DNA from: an uncultured Bacilli bacterium
GTDB taxonomy: Bacteria; Bacillota_I; Bacilli_A; RFN20; CAG-826
NCBI GenBank assembly: GCA_944372115.1
Contig: CALVYH010000002.1
Span: 104,864-168,863 of the forward strand
Direction: 5' to 3'
Length of the DNA stretch: 64,000 bases
Shown: positions 31,815 to 42,365 of the stretch, one piece after another
How the letters are laid out: each line of letters starts with the position of its first letter
Position numbering within the stretch: the first letter of the stretch is position 1
The notes under the pieces: generated by a model
Database searches by the model: none
What the model was told of the DNA's origin: nothing
Seen by the model: the letters and a program-made list of their open reading frames with translations, nothing else
Made by a program: the position numbers and the translations under genes

Positions 31815-32699
31815 ATGAATAGAAAATTATTAATTTTTGGTGTCGCAATTTCTTTATATGGCACCGTATTAACTTCTTGTGGAAATAGTGGTTTAACTGT
31901 TTCTAACGATGTTTTAGTTATTGGTATGGAAGCAAATTATCAACCATTTAACTGGACAACATATACTTCAAGTGAATACACCATTCCTATTTATGGAACT
32001 AATGAATACGCTGATGGATATGATGTTGCTATTGCTAAATATTTAAGCGATGAAACTGGTAAAGATGTTTATATCAAAAGAATTGTTTGGGATAGTTTAA
32101 TACCTTCACTTCAACAAGATGAGGTCAATTTAGTTTTAGCTGGAATGACCGATACGCCTGAAAGAAGAAAATCAATTGATTTTACTGATCCATATTTAAC
32201 TAGTGACCTAGCTTTTTTAATTAGAACTGAAGATATGCCTGAAGGTTATGGCACAAAAGAAAACCCTGCTAGTTATGAACAATTACTTGAATTATTTGAT
32301 GGTCAAACTTTAGTTTGCCAAGCAAATGTTGTCGGCGATGGATTTATTGATACTTATTTTGTAAATAATGATCAAGGAAAAACTATTAGACATGCTAATC
32401 CACAAAGTACTTATCCTTCTGCAGCAAACGAAGTTAAAGGTGGAGTTTCTTTTGCAATGCCAGCTGAACTCCCTGTTATCGAAACAATGACAAATCTTGG
32501 TGGATTAAGTGTTCTTTATTGTGATTATAAGAGTTTTTTAAGCGAAGAAGACTTAAACGGCCTTTCAGTTTCAATCGGAGTTAAAAAAGGAAATGCAGAA
32601 TTAGCTGATGAAATTAATGCCGCTTTATCAAAGTTAAGCGATGAAGAAAGAAATAAAATGATGGGGGATGCAGCTTCTAGAAGCGCAGAAAACGCATAA
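31815..32699 (+). CDS. Polar amino-acid ABC transporter substrate-binding lipoprotein (likely lysine-related, given the riboswitch)
   Basis: Lipoprotein signal MNRKLLIFGVAISLYGTVLTSC with a lipobox, and a type-2 periplasmic-binding-protein fold pattern. Confidence 0.8.
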   Translation: MNRKLLIFGVAISLYGTVLTSCGNSGLTVSNDVLVIGMEANYQPFNWTTYTSSEYTIPIYGTNEYADGYDVAIAKYLSDETGKDVYIKRIVWDSLIPSLQQDEVNLVLAGMTDTPERRKSIDFTDPYLTSDLAFLIRTEDMPEGYGTKENPASYEQLLELFDGQTLVCQANVVGDGFIDTYFVNNDQGKTIRHANPQSTYPSAANEVKGGVSFAMPAELPVIETMTNLGGLSVLYCDYKSFLSEEDLNGLSVSIGVKKGNAELADEINAALSKLSDEERNKMMGDAASRSAENA

Positions 32700-33484
32700 T
32701 GATAGATTTTGAGAAGATGCGGAATGTTTTAGGACAAAATTTTACTTTTATCATTTATGCAATTATTACAACAGTAATCTTAGCTATAGTTGGTACTTTT
32801 GTAGGATTATTTTTAGGGATTTTCTTAGCATATGGAAAAAATTTAAAAAGTAAGGAAATCGATAATGGAGTTGTTAAAACATTTAAATATATTATAAAAG
32901 GTATCTGCAGTATTTATTCGACTGTTTTACGTGGTACACCAATGATGGTTCAAGCTTTAATTTTTAAGTTTGGTAGCCAAGCATTAGGATTAAATTGGGG
33001 AGATATTTATTTTCAAGGAGAAATAAACAATATTTTTAATGGATGGTTTTTTGCTGGTTTGATTGTAATTACTCTTAATACAGCTGCTTATATGGGCGAA
33101 ATTGTTAGGAGCGGTCTTAATGGAGTTGAACAAGGACAAATTGAAGGCGCAAGAAGTTTAGGGATGAGTGCTTCAAGAACTAGTTTTTCAATTATTCTTC
33201 CACAAGCTTTAAGAAATTCACTTCCTACTATTGGTAACGAACTTATTGTCAATATTAAAGACTCATCCGTTTTAAATGTTATCAGTGTCACCGAGCTCTT
33301 CTATAGGATGGATTTAATTGCAGGTAAAAACTTTGCTTATATGGAATGTTATATTATTGCTGCAATTATTTATTTAGTCTTAACTCTTATAGCAACAGGA
33401 GTTTTAAAACTTATAGAGAAGAAAATGGATGGAGTTAAGTTCTCATTTAACCCATTTAGATTTAGGAGAAGTTTTAAAATATGA
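32699..33484 (+). CDS. Amino-acid ABC transporter permease (His/Glu/Gln/Arg/opine family)
   Basis: Multiple transmembrane helices. An EAA-like loop [29 protein letters not shown] is present. Confidence 0.85.
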   Translation: MIDFEKMRNVLGQNFTFIIYAIITTVILAIVGTFVGLFLGIFLAYGKNLKSKEIDNGVVKTFKYIIKGICSIYSTVLRGTPMMVQALIFKFGSQALGLNWGDIYFQGEINNIFNGWFFAGLIVITLNTAAYMGEIVRSGLNGVEQGQIEGARSLGMSASRTSFSIILPQALRNSLPTIGNELIVNIKDSSVLNVISVTELFYRMDLIAGKNFAYMECYIIAAIIYLVLTLIATGVLKLIEKKMDGVKFSFNPFRFRRSFKI

Positions 33485-34485
33485 GTGAATTATTATTAAA
33501 AATTGAAAATATTGCAAAGTTTTTTGGTCCATTAAAAGTTTTAAAAGATATCTCTTTAGATGTTAATAAAGGTGATGTTATTGCAATTATTGGGCCATCA
33601 GGAAGTGGAAAATCAACATTTTTAAGATGCTTAAACCTATTAGAAACTCCTACACGTGGTAGATTAGAGTTTAAGGGTGAAGAGTATTTTAATATTTCTA
33701 AATGTAAAGACGATTTTGTTGATTACGAAAGATACGTTCATGATTATGACGCATATAAAGAATTGTATATTGAAAAGGAAGACAACTATGCAATTGTATT
33801 AAACAAATATTTAGAAGATAAAAAGAATAATAGGGAGTTAAAACCAGAAATAAGAGAAAAGAAAAAAGAATTTAACTATGTAAAAAAACATCCCGTTTTA
33901 AAAGAAGATTATTTTGACAAAGAGTCTTATAAAGCTGCAATTAAAAAAAATCCAAACGTTATTATTCCTTCTAAAAAAATTAACGAAATTAGAAGTAAGA
34001 TGGGCATGGTTTTCCAATCGTTTAATTTATTTAATAATTATGATGTTTTATCTAATTGTACATTGGCGCAAACTAAAGTTTTAAAAAGAAAATATAACGA
34101 AGCTAAAGAAATTGCTATTCAACATCTTACTCAAGTAAATATGCAAGATAGAATGAATTATAAGATTAGAGAGTTGAGCGGTGGGCAAAAACAAAGAGTA
34201 GCGATTGCTAGATCACTATGTATGAATCCAGAAATATTACTTTTTGATGAACCAACTTCAGCGTTAGATCCAGAAATGGTTGGAGAGGTATTGGAAGTCA
34301 TGAAAAAACTAGCCAACCAAGGAATGACGATGATTGTTGTCACTCACGAAATGAATTTTGCAAGAAATGTTTCAAATAAAGTAGTTTTTATGGAAAACGG
34401 ATACATTGTTGAAAGTGGAACTCCTGAACAAATATTCGATTTCCCAAAAGAAGAGAGAACCAAAGAATTTTTAAGAATGAAATAA
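33481..34485 (+). CDS. Amino-acid ABC transporter ATP-binding protein carrying an insertion of about 95 aa
   Basis: Walker [10 protein letters not shown], signature [15 protein letters not shown] and Walker [12 protein letters not shown] are present. An extra Lys/Glu-rich segment lies between Walker A and the Q-loop. Confidence 0.9.
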   Translation: MSELLLKIENIAKFFGPLKVLKDISLDVNKGDVIAIIGPSGSGKSTFLRCLNLLETPTRGRLEFKGEEYFNISKCKDDFVDYERYVHDYDAYKELYIEKEDNYAIVLNKYLEDKKNNRELKPEIREKKKEFNYVKKHPVLKEDYFDKESYKAAIKKNPNVIIPSKKINEIRSKMGMVFQSFNLFNNYDVLSNCTLAQTKVLKRKYNEAKEIAIQHLTQVNMQDRMNYKIRELSGGQKQRVAIARSLCMNPEILLFDEPTSALDPEMVGEVLEVMKKLANQGMTMIVVTHEMNFARNVSNKVVFMENGYIVESGTPEQIFDFPKEERTKEFLRMK

Positions 34486-34532
34486 TTTAAGAGAGCACTA
34501 AATTATTTTGGTAAAATTGATAAACTTTTCTA

Positions 34533-34561
34533 TTGACTTGATGTTTTACTTTAAGTAAAAT
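34533..34561 (+). promoter_or_regulatory. Sigma-A promoter of the str operon (rpsL-rpsG-fusA-tuf)
   Basis: TTGACT, a 17-nt spacer, then TAAAAT. Confidence 0.5.
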
Positions 34562-34642
34562 ATTCGAGCAACTGAAAAGTTTATTTTTTTTAGTGTTATT
34601 AATGATACACTCGGTATTGTGTATATTGGAGGAAAGAAAAGG

Positions 34643-35062
34643 ATGCCAACTATTAATCAATTAGTTAGACAAGGTAGAAGCAAAACTACTGAAAAATCAA
34701 AAGCACCTGCACTCTTAAAAAGATATAATTCTTTAACAAAAAAAGAAACAAATCAAAATAGTGCACAAAAAAGAGGCGTTTGTACCCGTGTTGGTACTAT
34801 GACACCTAAAAAACCTAACTCAGCTTTAAGAAAATACGCAAGAGTTAAGTTATCAAATGGATATGAAGTTACTGCCTATATCGGTGGTGAAGGACACAAT
34901 TTACAAGAACACTCAACAGTTATGATTAGAGGAGGAAGAGTTAAAGACCTCCCAGGTGTTAGATATCATATCATTAGAGGTACATTAGATTGTGCTGGTA
35001 TCGAAACTCGTAGACAAGGAAGATCACTTTACGGTACCAAAAAACCAAAAGGTAACGAATAG
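34643..35062 (+). CDS. rpsL: 30S ribosomal protein S12
   Basis: MPTINQLVR...[26 protein letters not shown]. The ATG at 34643 is preferred over the upstream in-frame start. Confidence 0.95.
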   Translation: MPTINQLVRQGRSKTTEKSKAPALLKRYNSLTKKETNQNSAQKRGVCTRVGTMTPKKPNSALRKYARVKLSNGYEVTAYIGGEGHNLQEHSTVMIRGGRVKDLPGVRYHIIRGTLDCAGIETRRQGRSLYGTKKPKGNE

Positions 35063-35075
35063 GAGGTAATTAAAC

Positions 35076-35546
35076 ATGTCAAGAAAAGGATTTAATCAAA
35101 AAAGAGACGTTTTACCAGATCCAATTTATAATTCAAAATTAGTTACTCGTTTAATTAATAGAATTATGCTTGATGGTAAAAAAGGTACTGCTCAAACAAT
35201 TCTTTATAACGCATTTAAAAGAATTGAAGAAAAAACACAAAAACCAGCTATGGATGTTTTCGCAACAGCTATCAATAACATTATGCCTGAAGTCGAATTA
35301 AAGGCAAAAAGAATTGGTGGTGCTAACTTCCAAGTTCCAACAGAAGTTTCGGCTGAGAGAAAAGTTACATTAGGCTTAAGATGGTTAGTTTCTTATTCAA
35401 GATTAAGAAAAGAAAAATCAATGGAAGAAAAATTATGTAACGAAATTATCGATGCAGCAAATGGAACTGGCGGTTCTGTTAAGAAAAGAGAAGATGTTCA
35501 TAAAATGGCTGAAGCTAACAAAGCTTATGCTCACTATAAGTGGTAA
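35076..35546 (+). CDS. rpsG: 30S ribosomal protein S7
   Basis: 156 aa, typical S7. Confidence 0.95.
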   Translation: MSRKGFNQKRDVLPDPIYNSKLVTRLINRIMLDGKKGTAQTILYNAFKRIEEKTQKPAMDVFATAINNIMPEVELKAKRIGGANFQVPTEVSAERKVTLGLRWLVSYSRLRKEKSMEEKLCNEIIDAANGTGGSVKKREDVHKMAEANKAYAHYKW

Positions 35547-35571
35547 TTTATATTAAAAAGGGAAAAATATT

Positions 35572-37644
35572 ATGGCAAGAGAATACGATTTAGCTCATAC
35601 TCGTAATATCGGTATCATGGCTCATATTGATGCTGGTAAAACTACAACTACAGAACGTATCTTATATTACACACATAAAATCCATAAAATTGGTGAAGTT
35701 CACGAAGGTGCTGCAACAATGGACTGGATGGTTCAAGAACAAGAAAGAGGTATTACAATTACTTCTGCAGCTACAACTTGTTTTTGGAACAACCATAGAT
35801 TTAACATCATCGATACTCCTGGGCACGTCGACTTTACAGTTGAAGTTGAGCGTTCATTAAGAGTCCTTGATGGTGCTATTACTGTTCTTGATGGTAAGAA
35901 TGGTGTCGAACCTCAAACTGAAACAGTATGGAGACAAGGCTCAAAATATGGCGTTCCAAGAATTGTTTTCGTCAATAAACTTGATGCTATTGGTGCTGAT
36001 TTCGAAATGTGTGTTGACTCATTAAAAGAAAAATTAGGTGCTAATGCAAAACCTGTTCAATATCCAATTGGTATTTCATCAACATTAAAAGGTGTTATCG
36101 ATTTAATTAAAATGGAAGCTTGGGATTTTACAGATAAAGATCATCCAGCAAAAATCGATATTCCTGAAGAATATGTTGAAAAATGCAAAAAATTTAGAGA
36201 AGAATTAATTGAAGATATCGCTGGATTTGATGATGATTTAATGATGAAAGTTCTCGAAGGTGAAGAACCAACAGTCGAAGAAATCAAAGCAGTCATTAGA
36301 AAAGCAACAATTTCAGGACAATTCCACCCAGTTTTCTGTGGATCAGCATATAAAAATAAAGGTATTCAATTATTACTTGATGGTGTTATCGATTATTTAC
36401 CATCACCACTTGATATTCCTGAAGCAAAAGGATTTGATGCAAAAGGTAATGAATATCTTTGTAAACCAGATGATAAAGAACCATTTGTTGGTTTAGCATT
36501 CAAAATTGCTACTGACCCATTTATTGGTAGATTAGCATATGTTAGAGTTTATTCAGGTGTCTTAAAATCAGGATCATATGTTTTAAATTCAAACAAAGAT
36601 GTTAAAGAAAGAATCGGTAGATTAGTCTTAATGCACGCTAACCATAGAGAAGAAGTTGAAGCATTACATGCTGGAGAAATTGGCGCTATCATTGGTTTAA
36701 AAAATACTACAACAGGTGAAACTTTATGTGATGAAAGCCTCGATGTCGTATTAGAAAAAATGGAATTCCCTGAACCAGTTATTGAAGAAGCTGTTGAACC
36801 AAAAACAAAAGCTGATCAAGAAAAGATGTCAATTGCTTTAGCAAAACTCGCTGAAGAAGATCCAACATTTAGAGTTTCTACTTCAGAAGAAAGTGGCCAA
36901 ACAATTATTGCGGGTGTTGGTGAATTACACTTAGACATTATTGTTGATAGATTAAAGAGAGAATTTGGCGTTCAAGTCAATGTTGGTAAACCACAAGTTG
37001 GTTATCGTGAAACAATTAAATCTGTCGGAGATTGTGAAGGTAAATACATTAAACAATCTGGTGGTAGAGGACAATATGGTCACGTTGTTATCAAATTCGA
37101 ACCAAATCCAGGAAAAGGATTTGAATTCGTCAACGGTATCGTTGGTGGTGTTATTCCAAAAGAATATATCAAACCAACACAAGACGGACTTGAAGATGCA
37201 TTACAAAGAGGTCTCGTTGCAGGCTATCCTGTAATTGATATTAAAGCTACATTACATGATGGTTCTTACCATGATGTTGACTCTTCAGAAGCTGCTTATA
37301 AGATTGCTGCTTCAATGGCATTAAAAGAAGCTGCTAAAAAATGTAACCCAGTTATTCTTGAACCAATCATGAAGGTCGAAGTTACTGTTCCAGAACAATA
37401 CTATGGTGATGTTATCGGAGATATTTCAAGAAGAAGAGGTCAAATGACTGGAGAATCACAAAGAGGTAATGCAAAAATTATCGATGCTGAAGTCCCACTT
37501 GCAGAAATGTTCGGATATGTCACTGACTTACGTTCATTTACACAAGGTAGAGGTTCCTATACAATGGAATTTGATCACTTCGGTGAAACTCCAAAATTCA
37601 TCCAAGATGAAATTATTAAAAAGTCAGGAATGAGCGGACGTTAA
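35572..37644 (+). CDS. fusA: Elongation factor G
   Basis: G-domain motifs AHIDAGKTT and DTPGHVDF are present. 690 aa. Confidence 0.97.
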   Translation: MAREYDLAHTRNIGIMAHIDAGKTTTTERILYYTHKIHKIGEVHEGAATMDWMVQEQERGITITSAATTCFWNNHRFNIIDTPGHVDFTVEVERSLRVLDGAITVLDGKNGVEPQTETVWRQGSKYGVPRIVFVNKLDAIGADFEMCVDSLKEKLGANAKPVQYPIGISSTLKGVIDLIKMEAWDFTDKDHPAKIDIPEEYVEKCKKFREELIEDIAGFDDDLMMKVLEGEEPTVEEIKAVIRKATISGQFHPVFCGSAYKNKGIQLLLDGVIDYLPSPLDIPEAKGFDAKGNEYLCKPDDKEPFVGLAFKIATDPFIGRLAYVRVYSGVLKSGSYVLNSNKDVKERIGRLVLMHANHREEVEALHAGEIGAIIGLKNTTTGETLCDESLDVVLEKMEFPEPVIEEAVEPKTKADQEKMSIALAKLAEEDPTFRVSTSEESGQTIIAGVGELHLDIIVDRLKREFGVQVNVGKPQVGYRETIKSVGDCEGKYIKQSGGRGQYGHVVIKFEPNPGKGFEFVNGIVGGVIPKEYIKPTQDGLEDALQRGLVAGYPVIDIKATLHDGSYHDVDSSEAAYKIAASMALKEAAKKCNPVILEPIMKVEVTVPEQYYGDVIGDISRRRGQMTGESQRGNAKIIDAEVPLAEMFGYVTDLRSFTQGRGSYTMEFDHFGETPKFIQDEIIKKSGMSGR

Positions 37645-37779
37645 TCGCTCTTTCCTAACTAAAAATTAAGAAAATATATAATCGTAAATATCCCTAGATA
37701 TTTATTGATAATATAAATAAAATGCTATAAAATTTAATCATTGCAAACGCAAGGTATTATTAGGAGGAAATGAATACTT

Positions 37780-38964
37780 ATGGCAAAAGAGAAATTTGAT
37801 AGAAGTAAGGTTCATATGAATATTGGTACCATTGGACACGTTGACCATGGTAAAACAACCTTAACTGCTGCTATCACACACGTTTTAGCAAAAAAAGGAT
37901 TATCTGAAGTTAAAGATTACGATCAAATCGATGCTGCTCCAGAAGAAAAAGCAAGAGGTATTACAATTAATACTGCTCACATCGAATATCAAACAGCAAA
38001 AAGACACTATGCACACGTTGACTGTCCAGGGCACGCAGACTATGTCAAAAATATGATTACTGGTGCTGCTCAAATGGATGGCGCTATTCTTGTTGTTGCT
38101 GCAACTGATGGTGTTATGCCACAAACAAGAGAACACATTCTTTTAGCTAGACAAGTCGGTGTTCCATACATTGTTGTTTTCTTAAATAAATGTGACTTAG
38201 TCGATGATCCAGAATTAATCGACTTAGTTGAAATGGATGTTAGAGACTTATTAAATAAATATGGCTATCCAGGTGATACAACTCCAATTATCAGAGGTTC
38301 AGCTAGAAAAGCTCTCGATGGCGATCCAGAAGCAGAAAAGTCAATCTTAGAATTAATGGATGCTGTTGATACATATATTCCAGATCCAGTTAGAGATACT
38401 GATAAACCATTCTTAATGCCAATCGAAGACGTTTTAACTATTACTGGTAGAGGAACAGTCGTTACTGGTAGAGTTGAAAGAGGTACAGTTAAATTAAACG
38501 ATGAAGTTGAAATCGTTGGTATCAAACCTACAATTAAATCAGTTGTTACAGGTATCGAAATGTTCAGAAAAACACTCGATTTCGCTGAAGCAGGTGATAA
38601 TGCAGGTGTCTTATTAAGAGGTGTTAACAGAGATCAAGTCGTTAGAGGACAAGTCCTTGCAAAACCAGGATCAGTTACTCCACATACAAAATTCACATGT
38701 CAAGCTTACATCTTAACTAAAGAAGAAGGCGGAAGACATACTGGATTCCTTTCAAACTACAGACCACAATTCTATTTCCACACAACAGATATTACTGGAA
38801 CTATTACTCTCCCACAAGGAACAGAAATGGTTATGCCAGGTGATAACGTCAACTTCACTGTTGAATTAATTCACCCAGTCGCTGTTGAAAAAGGTACTAA
38901 ATTCTCAATCCGTGAAGGTGGTAGAACAGTTGGTGCTGGTACAGTTAGCGAAATCTTAAAATAG
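37780..38964 (+). CDS. tuf: Elongation factor Tu
   Basis: G-domain motifs GHVDHGKTT and DCPGHADY are present. 394 aa. Confidence 0.97.
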   Translation: MAKEKFDRSKVHMNIGTIGHVDHGKTTLTAAITHVLAKKGLSEVKDYDQIDAAPEEKARGITINTAHIEYQTAKRHYAHVDCPGHADYVKNMITGAAQMDGAILVVAATDGVMPQTREHILLARQVGVPYIVVFLNKCDLVDDPELIDLVEMDVRDLLNKYGYPGDTTPIIRGSARKALDGDPEAEKSILELMDAVDTYIPDPVRDTDKPFLMPIEDVLTITGRGTVVTGRVERGTVKLNDEVEIVGIKPTIKSVVTGIEMFRKTLDFAEAGDNAGVLLRGVNRDQVVRGQVLAKPGSVTPHTKFTCQAYILTKEEGGRHTGFLSNYRPQFYFHTTDITGTITLPQGTEMVMPGDNVNFTVELIHPVAVEKGTKFSIREGGRTVGAGTVSEILK

Positions 38965-38986
38965 TTAACTTAAAAGCGAATTTATA

Positions 38987-39012
38987 AGCAGGCGAATTGC
39001 CTGCTTTTTTAT
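38987..39012 (+). terminator. Rho-independent terminator after tuf
   Basis: Hairpin agcaggc gaatt gcctgct is followed by tttttt. Confidence 0.75.
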
Positions 39013-39113
39013 ATGGATATTGAAAATCCCCTATATTTAGTTAAAGGAAAAAGCGACTGCACCAAATTAAAAGTTTATCTCTCTTATTTAGTAAGTTGAA
39101 AGGAGGATAAACA

Positions 39114-39227
39114 ATGAAAATGATGATGAAATGTTTTTTATTCATTCCTATTTTCTTTTTATTATTCTTTCTTTTAATGCCAATAACTTTAATGATTATG
39201 ATAAGTAAATGTATAAAAAATAATTAA
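39114..39227 (+). CDS. Small hydrophobic peptide (37 aa), hypothetical
   Basis: Reads MKMMMKCFLFIPIFFLLFFLLMPITLMIMISKCIKNN. A strong RBS aaaggagg lies 7 nt upstream. Its stop is 1 nt from the stop of the convergent ZIP gene. Confidence 0.3.
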   Translation: MKMMMKCFLFIPIFFLLFFLLMPITLMIMISKCIKNN

Positions 39228-39228
39228 T

Positions 39229-40053
39229 TTAAATTAATAATAAAAAGGTTGATAAAACAAAACTAAAAGCTAAGATTAAAAAAGTATATTTGTTTTTATA
39301 TTCATAAAATATAGAAGGAAGAAGTTCTATTAATAAAACGTATAATAAACTGCCGCTAGAAATAGCAAAAATAATTGTAGTTATTATATCAGGGAAAGAA
39401 ATAGAAAAATAATAACCAACAATTGCCAATATAAATGAAACTAAGCCATTAAGAGAAGTAAGTAAAATAGAAAACAATTTTCCTTTTTGACTTTTTTTAA
39501 ACGATGATGAAATTGAATAACCGATGATTAAATTGTGTATAAATAACGAAATAGTCATCATTAATCCACTTAAAGGGAATGTCTCACCAGTAAAAAATGT
39601 CCCTAATACGAATCCTTCAGGAATATTATGAATAAAAATTGCAAATAAATATATTAATGAAGAAGTTAGAGTAATTTTATTTTCTAATATCATTTCATTT
39701 GAATGAACGTGGTCATGACAAGGAGTAACATCTTCTTCGTCGTGATTATGATGATGGGTAATCTTGTGCATTAATTCGTGTAGTAAGAAAAATAAAAATC
39801 CTGTAATAAAAATTATGCTTAAAGATAATAAAATGCCATAAGTTTCGTTATTAAATATTGTATTGCTATGTTCTAAAGCATGAGGAATTAATTCAATAAA
39901 TAATAATGATATAATTGCTCCTACAGCAAATGTCATAAAAAAAGAAGTTAATTTAGGATGTAATTTTTTAAAAACAAAAGGGAAAATAGCCCCTAAAAAT
40001 GTTGGGAATAGTGTTCCTAAAAATGAAAAAATATATAAATAAATTGTGTTCAT
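39229..40053 (-). CDS. ZIP family metal (zinc) transporter, ZupT-like
   Basis: HNIPEGF motif is present. A His-rich loop HKITHHHNHDEEDVTPCHDHVH and about 8 transmembrane segments are present. Confidence 0.75.
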   Translation of the reverse strand: MNTIYLYIFSFLGTLFPTFLGAIFPFVFKKLHPKLTSFFMTFAVGAIISLLFIELIPHALEHSNTIFNNETYGILLSLSIIFITGFLFFLLHELMHKITHHHNHDEEDVTPCHDHVHSNEMILENKITLTSSLIYLFAIFIHNIPEGFVLGTFFTGETFPLSGLMMTISLFIHNLIIGYSISSSFKKSQKGKLFSILLTSLNGLVSFILAIVGYYFSISFPDIITTIIFAISSGSLLYVLLIELLPSIFYEYKNKYTFLILAFSFVLSTFLLLI

Positions 40054-40110
40054 AATCGTAATTTCTTCCTTTTATATTTTAATTAGTGTTTTTGTAAATA
40101 CTATATAAAT

Positions 40111-40590
40111 TTATTTTTTATCTTCTTTGAATGGATATTGTCTTTTTTCAACAGAAATTTTTTTATTATCATCAATTAATAAAATAGCATAAGATCCATA
40201 AAAGTCGTCACGAGGTTGTGTTAATGAACCTGGATTAATTAAAATCGTCTTATCATTTATTGTACTGACATAAAAACGATGGGTATGACCGAAAATAAAA
40301 ATATCTGGGTCAATTTTTTTAATATAATTAGTTTTGTTTACTTGAAATTCGAAATTATCACCATGTTCTAAATGTATTTTTATTCCATCGATTACTAAAT
40401 CTTTCTTTTTTGGGAATTCGGTTGAAAAATCGTTATTTCCTTTAACAGCTAAAAAAGGAGATACTAAATAATCAGGTATACAAAAATCTCCTAAATGAAA
40501 ATAATAGTCAGCATCATATTCTTTCGTTTGTATATCTAGAAGAGGTTGATATGAACCATGTGTATCACTTATAATAACGATTTTAATCAT
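40111..40590 (-). CDS. Metallophosphoesterase (YfcE/MJ0936-like)
   Basis: Motifs IISDTHGS, GDF and FGHTHRF are present. 159 aa. Confidence 0.75.
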   Translation of the reverse strand: MIKIVIISDTHGSYQPLLDIQTKEYDADYYFHLGDFCIPDYLVSPFLAVKGNNDFSTEFPKKKDLVIDGIKIHLEHGDNFEFQVNKTNYIKKIDPDIFIFGHTHRFYVSTINDKTILINPGSLTQPRDDFYGSYAILLIDDNKKISVEKRQYPFKEDKK

Positions 40591-40656
40591 GAAAATATTA
40601 TAGTTTTTTAAAAAGTAATTGTCATATTATTTATAAGTGTTTATTATTTTAATGTT

Positions 40657-42141
40657 ATGAAAAAATATGACCTTGAAGAACAAATAAAGACACCTTATTT
40701 AGATGCTTATAAAAAATATCTTGATAAACATACCACTGCATTTGATGTCCCTGGGCATCATCAAGGAAAGATTAAAACAGATTTTAACAAGGTGTTTGGA
40801 CCAAGTATATATAAAAGTGATGTTAATGCACCTCGAGGAATGGATAATTTATCTCATCCAACAGGCGTTATTAAAGAGGCGCAAGAATTATTCGCTAAAG
40901 CTTGCGGAGCTACTTATGCAAAGTTTTTAATTAATGGAAGTAGTGAAGGCAATTTGATTATGCTTATGTCTGCATTAAAAGCCAAAGAAAAGATTTTAAT
41001 GCCAAGAAATGTGCATAAATCTGTAATTAATGGCCTTGTTTTAAGTGGGGCAGTCCCTATTTTCGTAATGCCTGAAATAGATAAAAATACTGAGATAGTT
41101 AATCAAATTTCTTATAAAGATTGGAAAAAAGCGATAGATAATAATCCTGATGCAAAAGCTATATTTATAATTAATCCAACATATTTTGGGGCAACATGTA
41201 ATATTAAAAAAGTAGTTGAATATGCGCATTTAAAAAATATGATTGTTTTAGTTGATGAAGCTCATGGTTCGCATTTTTATTTTTCATCACATTCTCCAAT
41301 ATCAGCGATGGAAGCAGGAGCGGATATGTCAACTCTTTCAATTCATAAAACCGGGGGTAGTTTAACTCAATCTTCTGTTTTGCTTGTTAATGGAAATAGA
41401 GTTCCGCGTTATGATGTTATTAAAACTTTTAATCTTTTAACAACAACTTCACCATCATCTTTATTAATTGCTTCTTTAGATTCGGCTAGAAAATATTTAG
41501 TTTTTCATGGGTCAAGAACAATAAATAGAATTATTAAATTAGCTCGCGAAGCAAGAAATAGAATTAATGAAATTAAAGGATTTAAAGCTCGTGATAAAGA
41601 GTATTTTAAAGAAAATGGTGCTTATGATTATGATGAAACAAAAGTAGTTGTTGAATTAGATAATCTTTCTTTAACTGGTTTTGAATTATATAAAATTTTA
41701 AAAGATAAATATAATATTCAAATCGAACTAGGAGAAACGTATGTATTTCTTTTACTTTTTACTGTTGGAACAAAAAAAGAAGATGTCGATATAATTGTTA
41801 ATGCTTTAAAGAAAATATCTAAGAAATATTATAAAGAAGATATAGTTTATCCTTCACATCATTACTTAAAAGATTCATTCCCTCCTTTAGTTTTAAGACC
41901 AAGAGAAGCATATCATGCATCTTTAAAAATAGTTAAACTTGATAAGGCTTTAAATAAAATTTCTAAAGAAATGATTATGACTTATCCACCTGGAATTCCA
42001 GTAATTATTCCAGGAGAAAGGTTTACTCAAAATGTCATTGATGAACTTAAATATTTTAAGAAAATAAAAGCAAATATTTTAAGCGATTTCGAAGGCGTTA
42101 ACGAAGTAAGCGTTGTTGATGAATTAAAATTGGAAAAATAA
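40657..42141 (+). CDS. PLP-dependent Orn/Lys/Arg decarboxylase family protein
   Basis: PLP-lysine context SIHKTGGSLTQSS is present. 494 aa, similar to B. subtilis YaaO/SpeA-type decarboxylases. Confidence 0.8.
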   Translation: MKKYDLEEQIKTPYLDAYKKYLDKHTTAFDVPGHHQGKIKTDFNKVFGPSIYKSDVNAPRGMDNLSHPTGVIKEAQELFAKACGATYAKFLINGSSEGNLIMLMSALKAKEKILMPRNVHKSVINGLVLSGAVPIFVMPEIDKNTEIVNQISYKDWKKAIDNNPDAKAIFIINPTYFGATCNIKKVVEYAHLKNMIVLVDEAHGSHFYFSSHSPISAMEAGADMSTLSIHKTGGSLTQSSVLLVNGNRVPRYDVIKTFNLLTTTSPSSLLIASLDSARKYLVFHGSRTINRIIKLAREARNRINEIKGFKARDKEYFKENGAYDYDETKVVVELDNLSLTGFELYKILKDKYNIQIELGETYVFLLLFTVGTKKEDVDIIVNALKKISKKYYKEDIVYPSHHYLKDSFPPLVLRPREAYHASLKIVKLDKALNKISKEMIMTYPPGIPVIIPGERFTQNVIDELKYFKKIKANILSDFEGVNEVSVVDELKLEK

Positions 42142-42163
42142 GGCTAAAAAACCTTATTTTTTT

Positions 42164-42205
42164 ATTAAAAACCCCTTTGTATTAGATTTTATCAAACAAA
42201 GGGGG
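42164..42205 (-). terminator. Rho-independent terminator for tRNA-His (minus strand)
   Basis: Hairpin cccctttgt...acaaagggg. On the minus strand it is followed by a T-run (plus-strand A-run at about 42166-42171). Confidence 0.5.
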
Positions 42206-42217
42206 TACATCTTAATC

Positions 42218-42294
42218 TGGGGCGAAATACCGGGATCGAACCGGTGAATGCTTGGTTCACAGCCAAGTGAGTTAACCGCTTCTCCAATTTCGCC
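42218..42294 (-). tRNA. tRNA-His (anticodon GTG) with encoded G-1 and CCA
   Basis: The reverse complement reads G-GCGAAAT...CTTGG CTGTGAA CCAAG...GGTTCGATCCCGG...ATTTCGC-C-CCA. Anticodon loop CUGUGAA gives GUG. An extra 5' G pairs with discriminator C73. Confidence 0.85.
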
Positions 42295-42365
42295 ATTTAT
42301 TTAGTGCTTCGTTATAATATCAAAAATAAGCGATTAATTCAATTAAAAATTTATGTAAATAAGTT

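Noticed and set aside
42218-42294. Extra 5' G on tRNA-His as an anomaly
   Set aside because: A genomically encoded G-1 paired to C73 is the normal bacterial tRNA-His feature.
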